From assembly GCA_041483195.1 (NCBI GenBank), contig JBGPFC010000002.1, forward strand, positions 64,001 to 128,000: DNA of 64,000 bases, in the 5' to 3' direction. The DNA is from Candidatus Eiseniibacteriota bacterium. Lineage in GTDB: Bacteria; Eisenbacteria; RBG-16-71-46. The translations under genes and the position numbers were made by a program. The notes under the pieces were generated by a model. The model made no database searches. It worked only from the letters and a program-made list of their open reading frames with translations, and was not told where the DNA came from. Shown piece by piece: positions 28,245 to 37,149 of this stretch. Numbering within the stretch: the stretch's first letter is position 1; every line of letters starts with the position of its first letter.

Positions 28245-30679
28245 GCCGGCCCGCGGGTTCGAGACCGCGAGAGACCGTGGCCGATCGCAAGACTCCGAGA
28301 CGCGAACCGCGGAAGTCCGGGCCGTCGTTCTCGCTGACCACGGGGTGGGCCGCCGCGATCATCGCGCTGCTGGTGGTGGTGTTCTTCCATCAGGTCGCGC
28401 TCGAGGGCAAGACGTTCGTCTCGCCCGACACCACCGCGCCGGTGGGCTTCGTCCGCATGGGGGAGCGCTCGCTCGATCAAGACCACGTCTACCCGCTGTG
28501 GAATCCCTACGTGTTCCTGGGCATGCCCTCGTTCGCCAGCGGCGCTTACAACCCGCTGATCTATCCCCCCGACTGGCCGCTCGCGCTGGTGCAGAAGGTG
28601 ATTCCGCTTCCCGACATGTCGTGGATGCTGCTCTACTATTTCATCGGCGGGCTCGGGCTCTTCCTGCTCGCGCGCGAGTGGGGGGCGCGCCCCGAGGGCG
28701 CGCTGCTCGGGGCGGTGGGATTCGTGTTCGCGCCCAATCTGGTGGCGGTGGGTTCGCACGGGCACGGCAGCCAGCTCGTGGACTCGGCCTATCTGCCGAT
28801 CATGATCTGGCTGGCGACGCGTTGGCTGCGCCGCGGGGGCCTCGCACACGTCGCGTGGCTCGCGCTCGCGGGCGGCTTCCAGCTGCTGCGCGGTCACGTG
28901 CAGATCTGCTTCTACACATGGATCGCGATCGCGTTGTACGCCGGGGTCGAGTGGCTCGGCGCGCTGCGGCGCCCGGGCGACCTGCCACGCGTCACCGCCC
29001 GCGTGATCGCGGTGGGCGCCGCCGCCGCGCTCGCGTTCGGCATCTCGGGGTTCTACAGCCTCCCGCTGCGCGACTACGCGCGCTGGTCGATTCGCGGCAG
29101 CGCGGAGGGCGGCGGCGTGGGAATGGAATACGCGACCCAATGGTCGCTCGCCCCGTTCGAGCTGCCATCGATGCTGGTGCCGGGCTGGGCGGGCTTCGGC
29201 GGACAGACCTACTGGGGCGCGATGCCGTTCACCGACTACCCCAACATCTACCTCGGCACCATCGCGGTGATCCTCGCGGTCCCCGCGTTCCTCGCGGGCG
29301 GCACGGCGCGCGTCTTCGCGCTCACGCTCGGGCTGTTCGCGCTGCTGGTTTCGTTCGGAAAGAACTTCCCGCTCTATGGACTCCTCTACGATCACCTGCC
29401 GCTCTTCAACAAGTTCCGCGTGCCCGTCATGGTGGTGCTGCTCGTGCAGCTCGCGGCCGCGCTCGGCACAGCGTGGGGGGCGTCCGCCGTGCTCGATGTA
29501 CAGCCGTCCAACGCGCGCAAGCCCGCGTCGGTCGACCGGCTGCTGCTGGGCTCGGCCGTCGTGCTGGGAATCGCGCTGGTGGTAGGGGGGCTCGGCCAGG
29601 ACGCGTGGCGCGGGGCGTACGTCGGATTCGCGCTCGGCCACCACGGAGGTTACTCGCCGGAGCTCGCGGGCCTCGCGTATCAGGGATTCGTGTCGGACCT
29701 GGTCCGGGTCGCGCTGCTCGGGTTGCTCGCCGTCTTCGCGGCGTGGCTCGCGCGCCGCGGCAAGCTCACGGTCTCGGTGGCCGGGCTCGCCCTGCTGGTG
29801 CTGATGCTGGCCGAACTGTGGCCGGTTAGCGCTCGCGTCATGCAGCCGGTGATCGGAGACGTGGTGCCGCACCGTATGGACGCGGGCCGCGACGACCTGG
29901 TCGAATTCCTCGAGCAGGCGGGACCGCCGGGATCGTTCCGCATCCTTCCGCTGCAGGAATTCCAGAGCAACCGGTTCGCGGGTTTCGGCATCGCGTCGGT
30001 GGGAGGGGCGCACGCCGCGAAGCCGCGGCTGTTCCAGGATTTCTACGAATCGAACTTCGTCGACAATCTGGCGTGGATGCGCCTGCTCAACGTGCGCTTC
30101 ATCGTGTCCGGCCGGCCGCTCCAGCCGCTGCCGCCCTATCTGAAGCCGGCGCACGAGGGCACGGGCTACGCCTACGAGAATCTGGTCGCGCTCCCGCGCG
30201 CGACGGTGGTGGGCGCCTGGCGCGTGGTCTCCCCGGCGCGCGCCATCCTGGATTCGGTCGCCTCCGGCGCCCACGATCCGGGGTCGTTCACGTTCCTCGA
30301 GCGGGAACCCGGAATCGCGCCGGGCGACGTGTCCGGGGCCAAGGCGACGATCGCGTCGTACCGGCTCAACGACGTGACGGTCGAGGTGACCATGCCGCGC
30401 CCGGCGCTGCTGCGCCTCGCGGATCTCTGGTACCCGGACTGGGGCGTGACCGTGGACGGACGTCGTGCCGAGCTGCTGAAGGCCGACGACCTGCTGCGCG
30501 CGGTCGCGGTCCCGGCGGGGCGGCACCGCGTCGTGTTCCGCTTCGAATCGCCGGCCGTGCGCAGCGGTCTCATGCTCTCGCTCGCAAGCCTGGCCGTCGT
30601 CGTTGCCCTGCTCGGCTTCGGCACGCTCGCGAACCGCAAGCCACCGCCCGCGGGCGCCGTGGCGGCGAAGGCGGCGTGA
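28241..30679 (+). CDS. YfhO-family GT-C membrane glycosyltransferase
   Basis: PLWNPYVFLGMP, many TMs, LFNKFRVP, YENLVALPRA, C-terminal DLWYPDW...VDG...LRAVAVPAGRHRVVFRF plus TM; start may be GTG 28277. Confidence 0.88.
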   Translation: MSRPAGSRPRETVADRKTPRREPRKSGPSFSLTTGWAAAIIALLVVVFFHQVALEGKTFVSPDTTAPVGFVRMGERSLDQDHVYPLWNPYVFLGMPSFASGAYNPLIYPPDWPLALVQKVIPLPDMSWMLLYYFIGGLGLFLLAREWGARPEGALLGAVGFVFAPNLVAVGSHGHGSQLVDSAYLPIMIWLATRWLRRGGLAHVAWLALAGGFQLLRGHVQICFYTWIAIALYAGVEWLGALRRPGDLPRVTARVIAVGAAAALAFGISGFYSLPLRDYARWSIRGSAEGGGVGMEYATQWSLAPFELPSMLVPGWAGFGGQTYWGAMPFTDYPNIYLGTIAVILAVPAFLAGGTARVFALTLGLFALLVSFGKNFPLYGLLYDHLPLFNKFRVPVMVVLLVQLAAALGTAWGASAVLDVQPSNARKPASVDRLLLGSAVVLGIALVVGGLGQDAWRGAYVGFALGHHGGYSPELAGLAYQGFVSDLVRVALLGLLAVFAAWLARRGKLTVSVAGLALLVLMLAELWPVSARVMQPVIGDVVPHRMDAGRDDLVEFLEQAGPPGSFRILPLQEFQSNRFAGFGIASVGGAHAAKPRLFQDFYESNFVDNLAWMRLLNVRFIVSGRPLQPLPPYLKPAHEGTGYAYENLVALPRATVVGAWRVVSPARAILDSVASGAHDPGSFTFLEREPGIAPGDVSGAKATIASYRLNDVTVEVTMPRPALLRLADLWYPDWGVTVDGRRAELLKADDLLRAVAVPAGRHRVVFRFESPAVRSGLMLSLASLAVVVALLGFGTLANRKPPPAGAVAAKAA

Positions 30680-31395
30680 TGCAGACCCTCGTCATCATTC
30701 CCACCTACAACGAGATCGAGAACATCGACGAGTTGCTGCCGCGCCTGCTCTCGCTGCCGCTCGACCTGCACGTGCTGATCGTGGACGACCACTCTCCGGA
30801 CGGCACCGCGGCGGCCGTGAAGCGCTGGATGGAACGCGAGCCGCGCATTCACATGCTCGAGCGCCCGGGCAAGCTCGGGCTCGGCTCCGCCTACCGCGAT
30901 GGTTTCCGATTCGCGCTCGCGCAGGGCGCCGAGTACATCTTCGAGATGGACGCCGATTTTTCCCACGACCCGGACAGCATCGGCGATTTCCTGAAGCACG
31001 CGCAGGAGGCGGACGTCGTGCTGGGATCGCGCTATTTGCACGGTGTGACGGTCGTGAACTGGCCCCTCAAGCGCCTGATCCTCTCGTATGCCGCCAATCT
31101 GTACACCCGGGTGGTGACCGGACTGCCGGTCAACGACGCGACCGGAGGCTTCAAGTGCTTTCGGCGCAGGGCGCTGGAGGGGATTCGACTCGAAAGGGTG
31201 CGGTCGGACGGTTATGCCTTCCAGATCGAGATGTCTTTCAAGTGTTGGAAGCGGGGCTTTAGAATCAAGGAGATCCCCATCCTGTTCGTGGACCGCCGCG
31301 CCGGGGAATCGAAGATGAACCGCCGCATCATCTGGGAGGCGGCATGGATGGTGTGGCGCCTGCGGCTGCTGGACCTGTTCGGCCGGGTGGAGTGA
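30679..31395 (+). CDS. Polyprenol-monophosphomannose synthase (Ppm1/DPM1-like GT2)
   Basis: IIPTYNE, VDDHSPDGT, KLGLGSAY, EMDADFSHDP, DATGGFKCF, GYAFQIEM, FVDRRAGESKM. Confidence 0.92.
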   Translation: MQTLVIIPTYNEIENIDELLPRLLSLPLDLHVLIVDDHSPDGTAAAVKRWMEREPRIHMLERPGKLGLGSAYRDGFRFALAQGAEYIFEMDADFSHDPDSIGDFLKHAQEADVVLGSRYLHGVTVVNWPLKRLILSYAANLYTRVVTGLPVNDATGGFKCFRRRALEGIRLERVRSDGYAFQIEMSFKCWKRGFRIKEIPILFVDRRAGESKMNRRIIWEAAWMVWRLRLLDLFGRVE

Positions 31396-31400
31396 GTGTC

Positions 31401-33662
31401 ATGAAACATCGTCTCGCGATCGGCGCGATCGCGCTCGGGTCCGCGCTGTGTTCCGCGCATGCCTCTGCGACCGGCGCGTGGAATACCTACATCCGCACCT
31501 ACAGCTACTCCGATCTACTCGCGGAAGGCGACACCGTCTGGTGCGCGACCGGCGAGGCGGGGCTGCTCCGTTTCCGTCCGTCGGACTCTTCGTTCGTCAC
31601 CATCGCCCGCGAGCCCAGCGGGCTCGCGAGCAATCACGTGTCGCGCATGGTGCGGGACCGCTCGGGCCGGCTCTGGGTCGGCACGCTCGGCGCGGGGGTG
31701 AGCCGGCTCTCCGCCGACGGCAAGACCTGGGACCTGGTCAATCGGTTCGACGGCCTGCCCTCGGACAGCGTCACGGCGCTCGCGGCCCTGAACGACACCG
31801 TGTTCATCGGAACGACCCGCGGGCTCGCGCTGTGGAACGGATCGTTCATCACGGGCGCCCTGCCGGATGGATTCAACCCTTCGCCGTTCGCGAGCGACTA
31901 CGTCACCGGGTTCGTCGCGTTCGGCGACACGCTCTGGGTGTCGACGACGCTCGGCGTCTATCGCAGTCACCTCTCGACGCGGCTGACCACGTGGACGCTC
32001 GAGACCAACAACATTCCCCCGTTTCCGTTCATCGGCCTCGTGACCGACGGCGTCACGATGTGCGCGGTGACGCTGGGGGGCACGCCCTTCGTGCGCCGTT
32101 TCGCACCCGGACCCTGGCAGGCCAAGTTCACAGACATCGACGGCGCGAGCATCGGCGGGGCGCTCCGCGTGTACGAGGATCACCACCGCATCCTGCTGGC
32201 GACCGATCTCGGACTCTACGCGTGGACCGGCAGCGACTGGCAGATCGCGAGCCTCGCGTTCCCGTCGGACCCGAGGAACCCGCGCCGCATCTTCGCGTTC
32301 ACCGTGGACCCGGTCACGAACCTTTTCTACGCGGCCGATCAGGATGGCCTCTACGAGCAACCCGCGACCCCGGGGCCCTGGCGGCTGCACACGCCGCCCA
32401 CGCCGCCCGGCAACAACGTGCTCAACGTGAACATCCATCGCGGACGGGTGTACGTGACCACGTTCGAGGAGGGCATCGGACGTTTCGACGGACGCGAGTG
32501 GCGCGTGTGGCCGTTCGGCCCGCGCTGCACCGTGGGGTGCGACACCACACTGCTCGCGCCCAATTACCCATTCGCGTTGCTGGTGGACGGGCAGGGGAAG
32601 AAGTGGTTCGGATGCTGGGGAGAGACCATCGACGTCCTGGACGACAACGTGTCGCCGCCGTCTGCGACCCATTTCCTCTACCCGACGCCGCCCACCAACA
32701 ACGACCTGCACACTCGAGCCTGGGCTTCGACCGCGGACTCGCTGGGCGGGAGATGGTTCGGAATGGACACCGACGATTTCGGCAATCCCGAGCGCGCGCC
32801 GCTCGGGCTCGAGTACTACAATCCCCTCGGCGTCTACGCGGCCAACTACAGCCCCGAAAACTCCGCGATGCGCATGGGCAAGGTGCACGGCCTCACCACC
32901 GACCGCACCGGGCGCGTGTGGGTGGGATACACCGGCGCCGGGATCGACTACTTCCTCTGGCCGCCGAACAGCGGCAGCGTCCCGGAGTTCCAGACCGTCA
33001 CGGGCACCGAGCGGCTCGACATCGAGGGTCTCGTCGCGCACGGCGACACGTTGTGGGCGCTCGCCACCAGCGAGGTGCGCGCGTTCCGGACCGTCACCTC
33101 TCCGCCCGCGGAGATCGCGTCGTATCCGATCCCCGCGGCGCCCGGCCAGCTCGCGGCGAATCCGCTCGCCGTGGCGCGGGACGGAACGGTGTGGGTGGGC
33201 ACCGTGAACGGGATCCGGGTCATTCATCCGGGCGGGCTGACTCAGGACTACAACGTGAAGAACTCGCCGCTCGCCGACGACGAGATCCGTGCGATCCGCA
33301 TCGACCCCGCGACCGGCGCGGTGTGGATCGGGACCACCGGCGGGCTCAATCGGTTCGATCCCGGCTACCGTCCCCCGCCGGCGCCATCCGTGCCGCGCCT
33401 CGAGTTCAAGATCTATCCGAACCCATCGAGCCTTTCCGCGCTCGGCGTGTCGCTCCGGCTCGAAGGCAACGCCGCCACCTTCGATGGGGCGATCTACGAC
33501 GTGCAGGGGCGACGGCTCAGGCGATTCTCGGGGATCACGAGTCGCGGGCTGGTGTGGGACGGTCGCACCGAGCGCGGCGAGCTGGTGGGTCCCGGCATCT
33601 ACTTCATCCGGGTGGAATCGGGCGGCAAGTCCTCGGTGTCCCGCGTGGCGCTGCTGCGCTGA
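31401..33662 (+). CDS. Secreted beta-propeller protein with C-terminal FlgD-Ig/T9SS-CTD-like domain (PorZ-like)
   Basis: Signal peptide; repeated GLASN/GLPSD, GRLWVGT, VWIGTTGGL propeller blades; C-terminal IYPNP...IYDVQGRRLR...WDGR...G..V.PGIYFIRV. Confidence 0.7.
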   Translation: MKHRLAIGAIALGSALCSAHASATGAWNTYIRTYSYSDLLAEGDTVWCATGEAGLLRFRPSDSSFVTIAREPSGLASNHVSRMVRDRSGRLWVGTLGAGVSRLSADGKTWDLVNRFDGLPSDSVTALAALNDTVFIGTTRGLALWNGSFITGALPDGFNPSPFASDYVTGFVAFGDTLWVSTTLGVYRSHLSTRLTTWTLETNNIPPFPFIGLVTDGVTMCAVTLGGTPFVRRFAPGPWQAKFTDIDGASIGGALRVYEDHHRILLATDLGLYAWTGSDWQIASLAFPSDPRNPRRIFAFTVDPVTNLFYAADQDGLYEQPATPGPWRLHTPPTPPGNNVLNVNIHRGRVYVTTFEEGIGRFDGREWRVWPFGPRCTVGCDTTLLAPNYPFALLVDGQGKKWFGCWGETIDVLDDNVSPPSATHFLYPTPPTNNDLHTRAWASTADSLGGRWFGMDTDDFGNPERAPLGLEYYNPLGVYAANYSPENSAMRMGKVHGLTTDRTGRVWVGYTGAGIDYFLWPPNSGSVPEFQTVTGTERLDIEGLVAHGDTLWALATSEVRAFRTVTSPPAEIASYPIPAAPGQLAANPLAVARDGTVWVGTVNGIRVIHPGGLTQDYNVKNSPLADDEIRAIRIDPATGAVWIGTTGGLNRFDPGYRPPPAPSVPRLEFKIYPNPSSLSALGVSLRLEGNAATFDGAIYDVQGRRLRRFSGITSRGLVWDGRTERGELVGPGIYFIRVESGGKSSVSRVALLR

Positions 33663-33668
33663 GATGCG

Positions 33669-34715
33669 GTGATCCGCCTCACCCCGCGCGTACAGGAGGG
33701 TCCGCCTGACGTCTGGGCGGCGCTGCTCGCGTCGGATCCCGGCGCCTCGCCCGCCCATCGCCCCGCGGTGTGGGCCGCGCTCGCGGCGTCGCTGCCCGGC
33801 ATGGAGTCGCGTTTCATCGCGGCCGAGTCCGACGGGCGCGTGATCGGTGGCGCCCCGGTGATGATCGAGCGGCGCGCGGGGTTTCACTGGATCCACGCGC
33901 TCCCGTTCCTGCTCCCCGGAACGCCGCTGGCCCCCGAGCAGGATCGGGCCGCGGTGGATCTCGCCGTGGCCGAGGGGATCGCGGCACTGCAGCGCGAGCG
34001 TGCGGCGCTGGGCGGAGAATGGGTCTGCTACCGGCCCGATCCTTCCCCGGGCCACGGCCCCGCGCTCGAGATCCCGTGCGGAGAGACGCGCGTGCATCCG
34101 AGCGCACTCATCGATCTCGACCATGGGCCCGAGGCGGCGCTGCACCGGATGGAGCGCAAGACCCGGCAGGCGATCCGCCATGCGCGCGCGCTCGGCATGT
34201 CCTTCGCGGAGGAGCCCTCGGCGCTGGTGGAGGCCTACGCGCTTTACCTGCGCCAGTCGCGGGGCTGGCGCGGGCATCGCGTGCTTCCGCTCGAGCTCTC
34301 GCGCCGGCTGCTCGCGCCCGCGGGCGGGGCCGCGGATGCGCTCGGGCCGGCGGCGCGCCTGTTCACGGTCCGAGATGGACGCGGCCTGCTCTCCGCGACG
34401 CTCGCGCTCGATCACCCTCGCGAGCTGCTGCTGTGGTGGAGCGGCACCCACCCGGACGCGCGCGGGGGCCAGGCATTCACGCTCCTGCTCGGCGCGATCG
34501 TGGAATGGGCCGCCGCGCACGGTCGTGCCCGCGTGAACCTGGGCGGGAGCGCGGGACTCGTGCCGGTCGAGGCGTTCAAGGCCTCGCTCGGGGCGCGCAT
34601 CGTGCGCGTGCCGGTGCGCTGGCTCGACGCGCGGCACGCTCCGGCCGCCGGACGGTGGGTGGCCGCGCTTCAGAATCGGATCCGGCGCGGCCGGCCGCTC
34701 GGGGAGCTCGCGTGA
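33669..34715 (+). CDS. GNAT / FemAB-like acyltransferase
   Basis: RKTRQAIRHA, WWSGT, LLLGAIVEWA...VNLGGS...FKASLGA pattern of FemAB-like GNAT proteins. Confidence 0.75.
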   Translation: MIRLTPRVQEGPPDVWAALLASDPGASPAHRPAVWAALAASLPGMESRFIAAESDGRVIGGAPVMIERRAGFHWIHALPFLLPGTPLAPEQDRAAVDLAVAEGIAALQRERAALGGEWVCYRPDPSPGHGPALEIPCGETRVHPSALIDLDHGPEAALHRMERKTRQAIRHARALGMSFAEEPSALVEAYALYLRQSRGWRGHRVLPLELSRRLLAPAGGAADALGPAARLFTVRDGRGLLSATLALDHPRELLLWWSGTHPDARGGQAFTLLLGAIVEWAAAHGRARVNLGGSAGLVPVEAFKASLGARIVRVPVRWLDARHAPAAGRWVAALQNRIRRGRPLGELA

Positions 34716-35836
34716 AGATCGCGACGCTCGCGAACGCATCGGTCATCCACACGCGGCGGTGGGTGGAACACTTCCGCGCGCGCGGACACGACGTGCGCCT
34801 GTGGTCGCTCGAGCCGGGACCCGCCGCGCTCCTCGCGCAGCGCCTGCCGCGCTTCCCGCTGCCGGGCTTCGCGCGCTACCCGCTCGCGGCGCCGGCGCTG
34901 CGGCGCGCGTTCGCGTCGTTCCAGCCCGACGTGGTCGATGCGCACTACGTGCCGAACTACGGGGTGCTGGGCGCGCTCGCCGGACGACGCCCGCTGGTGA
35001 TCAGCGCGTGGGGCTCGGATCTGCTGGTGGCCGGCCGGCGCGATCCGCTCCAGCGCGCGCGCGCCCGCTTCGCGATGCGCCGCGCCGACGCGGTGCTGGT
35101 GGACGCCGCGAACCTGGGCGCGGCCGCGCTCGCGCTGGGCGCGCCGCGCGAACGGCTCCACGTCGTGCCGTGGGGCGTGGACCGCGGCCGCTTCCACCCG
35201 GCCGCCGCGCGGGAGCCGGGATTGCTGGTCAGCGCCCGCATGCACGAGCCGATCTACGACCTCGAGACCATCATCGCCGGGACGGCGCCGGTGCTCGAGC
35301 GGCGCCCGGAGGCACGACTCGTGATCGCGGGGGAGGGCAGCCTGCGGCGCGGGCTCGAGGCGCTCGCGGCGCGCCGGCTGCCCGCGGGTCGTTACACGTT
35401 CGTCGGCCGGCTCGAGCCGGTCGAGCTGGCCGCGCTCCTCGCGCGAGCTGAGCTCTATCTCTCCGCCTCGCTCTCGGACTCGACATCGGTCTCGCTGCTC
35501 GAGGCGATGGCGTGTGGCGCGGTGCCGGTGGTGAGCGACATCGACGGCAATCGCGAGTGGGTGGGCGAGGGCGACGGCGCGCGGCTGTTTCCCGCCGGCG
35601 ATCCCGAGGCGCTCGCTCGCGCCGCGCTGGGCGCGCTCGACGACGCGAGCTGGATGGCGGCGGCCCGCGAGCGCAATCGGCGCGTGATCGAGACCCGGGG
35701 CGACTGGAACGTGAACCTGGCGTCGATCGAGGCGCTGTTCGAACGGCTGGCCGCGGGCACGCACGGCCCCGATGCGATGCGGAGGGCCGCGGCGGGGCCC
35801 CGCGGGGGCGCCGTGCCGCGCGGAGCCCGCGAATGA
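34712..35836 (+). CDS. Glycosyltransferase family 4
   Basis: IHTRRW, AHYVPNYG, SAWGSDL, SDSTSVSLLEAMACG. Confidence 0.88.
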   Translation: MKIATLANASVIHTRRWVEHFRARGHDVRLWSLEPGPAALLAQRLPRFPLPGFARYPLAAPALRRAFASFQPDVVDAHYVPNYGVLGALAGRRPLVISAWGSDLLVAGRRDPLQRARARFAMRRADAVLVDAANLGAAALALGAPRERLHVVPWGVDRGRFHPAAAREPGLLVSARMHEPIYDLETIIAGTAPVLERRPEARLVIAGEGSLRRGLEALAARRLPAGRYTFVGRLEPVELAALLARAELYLSASLSDSTSVSLLEAMACGAVPVVSDIDGNREWVGEGDGARLFPAGDPEALARAALGALDDASWMAAARERNRRVIETRGDWNVNLASIEALFERLAAGTHGPDAMRRAAAGPRGGAVPRGARE

Positions 35837-37149
35837 TCAGGCGCCGCCTGCTGGTCCTGTGTTACTTCTATCCGCCACTCGCGGGGGGCGGCGTGCATCG
35901 CGTGCTGGGCTTCACGCGCCACCTGCCGGCATGGGGGTGGGATTGCACCGTGGTGTGCGCCGGGGCGGAGGATTACTGGGTGCGAGACGAGAGCCTGATG
36001 CAGCGGGTGCCGGCGGATACCGAGGTGGTGCGCGTTCCGGGCGGGAGCGCGCTCGCGGCGTGGTTGCGCTGGACGCGCGCCCGCCCCGGCCGCCGCTCGA
36101 GCGGGACGTTCGCGGGACTGCGCCGAATGAGCGACTGGTGGCTCCTGCCCGATTCGTACTCGGGATGGGCGAAGCGCGCGCGCGGGGTCTCGCTGTCGCG
36201 CGTGCGAAAGGGCGGCTTCGACGCCGTGTTCTCGAGCTCTCCGCCCGACAGCGTGCACCTCGCCGGGCTCGAGCTGAAGCGGCGCACCCGTCTGCCGTGG
36301 GTGGCCGACTTCCGCGATCCATGGATCGGGCTCTATTTCCGCGATCCCCCCACCCGGTGGCATCGCGCCCGGCAGCAGTCGCTCGAGCGCGCTGTGCTCG
36401 CATCGGCGGACGTGACGGTGACGGCGTCGCGCACGCACGCCGCATGGCTCGAAGCGCGCCCCGGCGCGCGGCCCGCGCGCGTCGTCCACATCGCGAACGG
36501 CTTCGAACCCGACGCGGCCGTGGCTCCCGCCGCGCCGGCACCCGATGCGGCGACCGCGGGAGAGCGGGCGTTCGACCCGGACCACTTCACGCTGGCCTTC
36601 ACCGGGACGCTCTCCCAGATGCCGGACGCCGAGGTGTTCTTCGAGGCGCTGCACGAGCTGTTCGCGCGCAGGCCCGAGGCGCGCCGGCGCCTGCGGATGC
36701 GCATCGCGGGGCCGTATGATTCCGGCTACGAGGATCGCTCGATCGCGCTCGGGCTCAAGGGCATCGTCGAATTTCTGGGTCCGCTGCCGCACGCCGCGAC
36801 GCGCACGCTGCAGCGCGCGGCCGACGTGCTGCTGATGTGGAAGCCACGCGGCACTCCGACCATGGTTCCGGGCAAGCTCTACGAGTACGCGGACAGCGGC
36901 CGTCCGATGCTGGCGCTGCTGCCCGAAGACGACGAGGCGGCCGAGCTGGTGTCGCGCGCGGGCGGCGAGCGCGTGGCCCCGGGAGATCGCGCGGCGCTCG
37001 CCGCGAGCGTCGAGCGGCGCTATCTCGCGTGGAAGGAAGCCGGACGATCGAGGAGCGCGCGCCCCGCGTGGCTCGACGATCACACGCGCGCGCGCCTCGC
37101 CGGGCAGCTCGCCTCGGTGCTCGATTCGCTCGCGGGATCCGCGCGATGA
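35833..37149 (+). CDS. Glycosyltransferase family 4
   Basis: YFYPPLAGGGVHR, SSSPPDSVH, WVADFRDPW, PGKLYEY. Confidence 0.88.
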   Translation: MIRRRLLVLCYFYPPLAGGGVHRVLGFTRHLPAWGWDCTVVCAGAEDYWVRDESLMQRVPADTEVVRVPGGSALAAWLRWTRARPGRRSSGTFAGLRRMSDWWLLPDSYSGWAKRARGVSLSRVRKGGFDAVFSSSPPDSVHLAGLELKRRTRLPWVADFRDPWIGLYFRDPPTRWHRARQQSLERAVLASADVTVTASRTHAAWLEARPGARPARVVHIANGFEPDAAVAPAAPAPDAATAGERAFDPDHFTLAFTGTLSQMPDAEVFFEALHELFARRPEARRRLRMRIAGPYDSGYEDRSIALGLKGIVEFLGPLPHAATRTLQRAADVLLMWKPRGTPTMVPGKLYEYADSGRPMLALLPEDDEAAELVSRAGGERVAPGDRAALAASVERRYLAWKEAGRSRSARPAWLDDHTRARLAGQLASVLDSLAGSAR

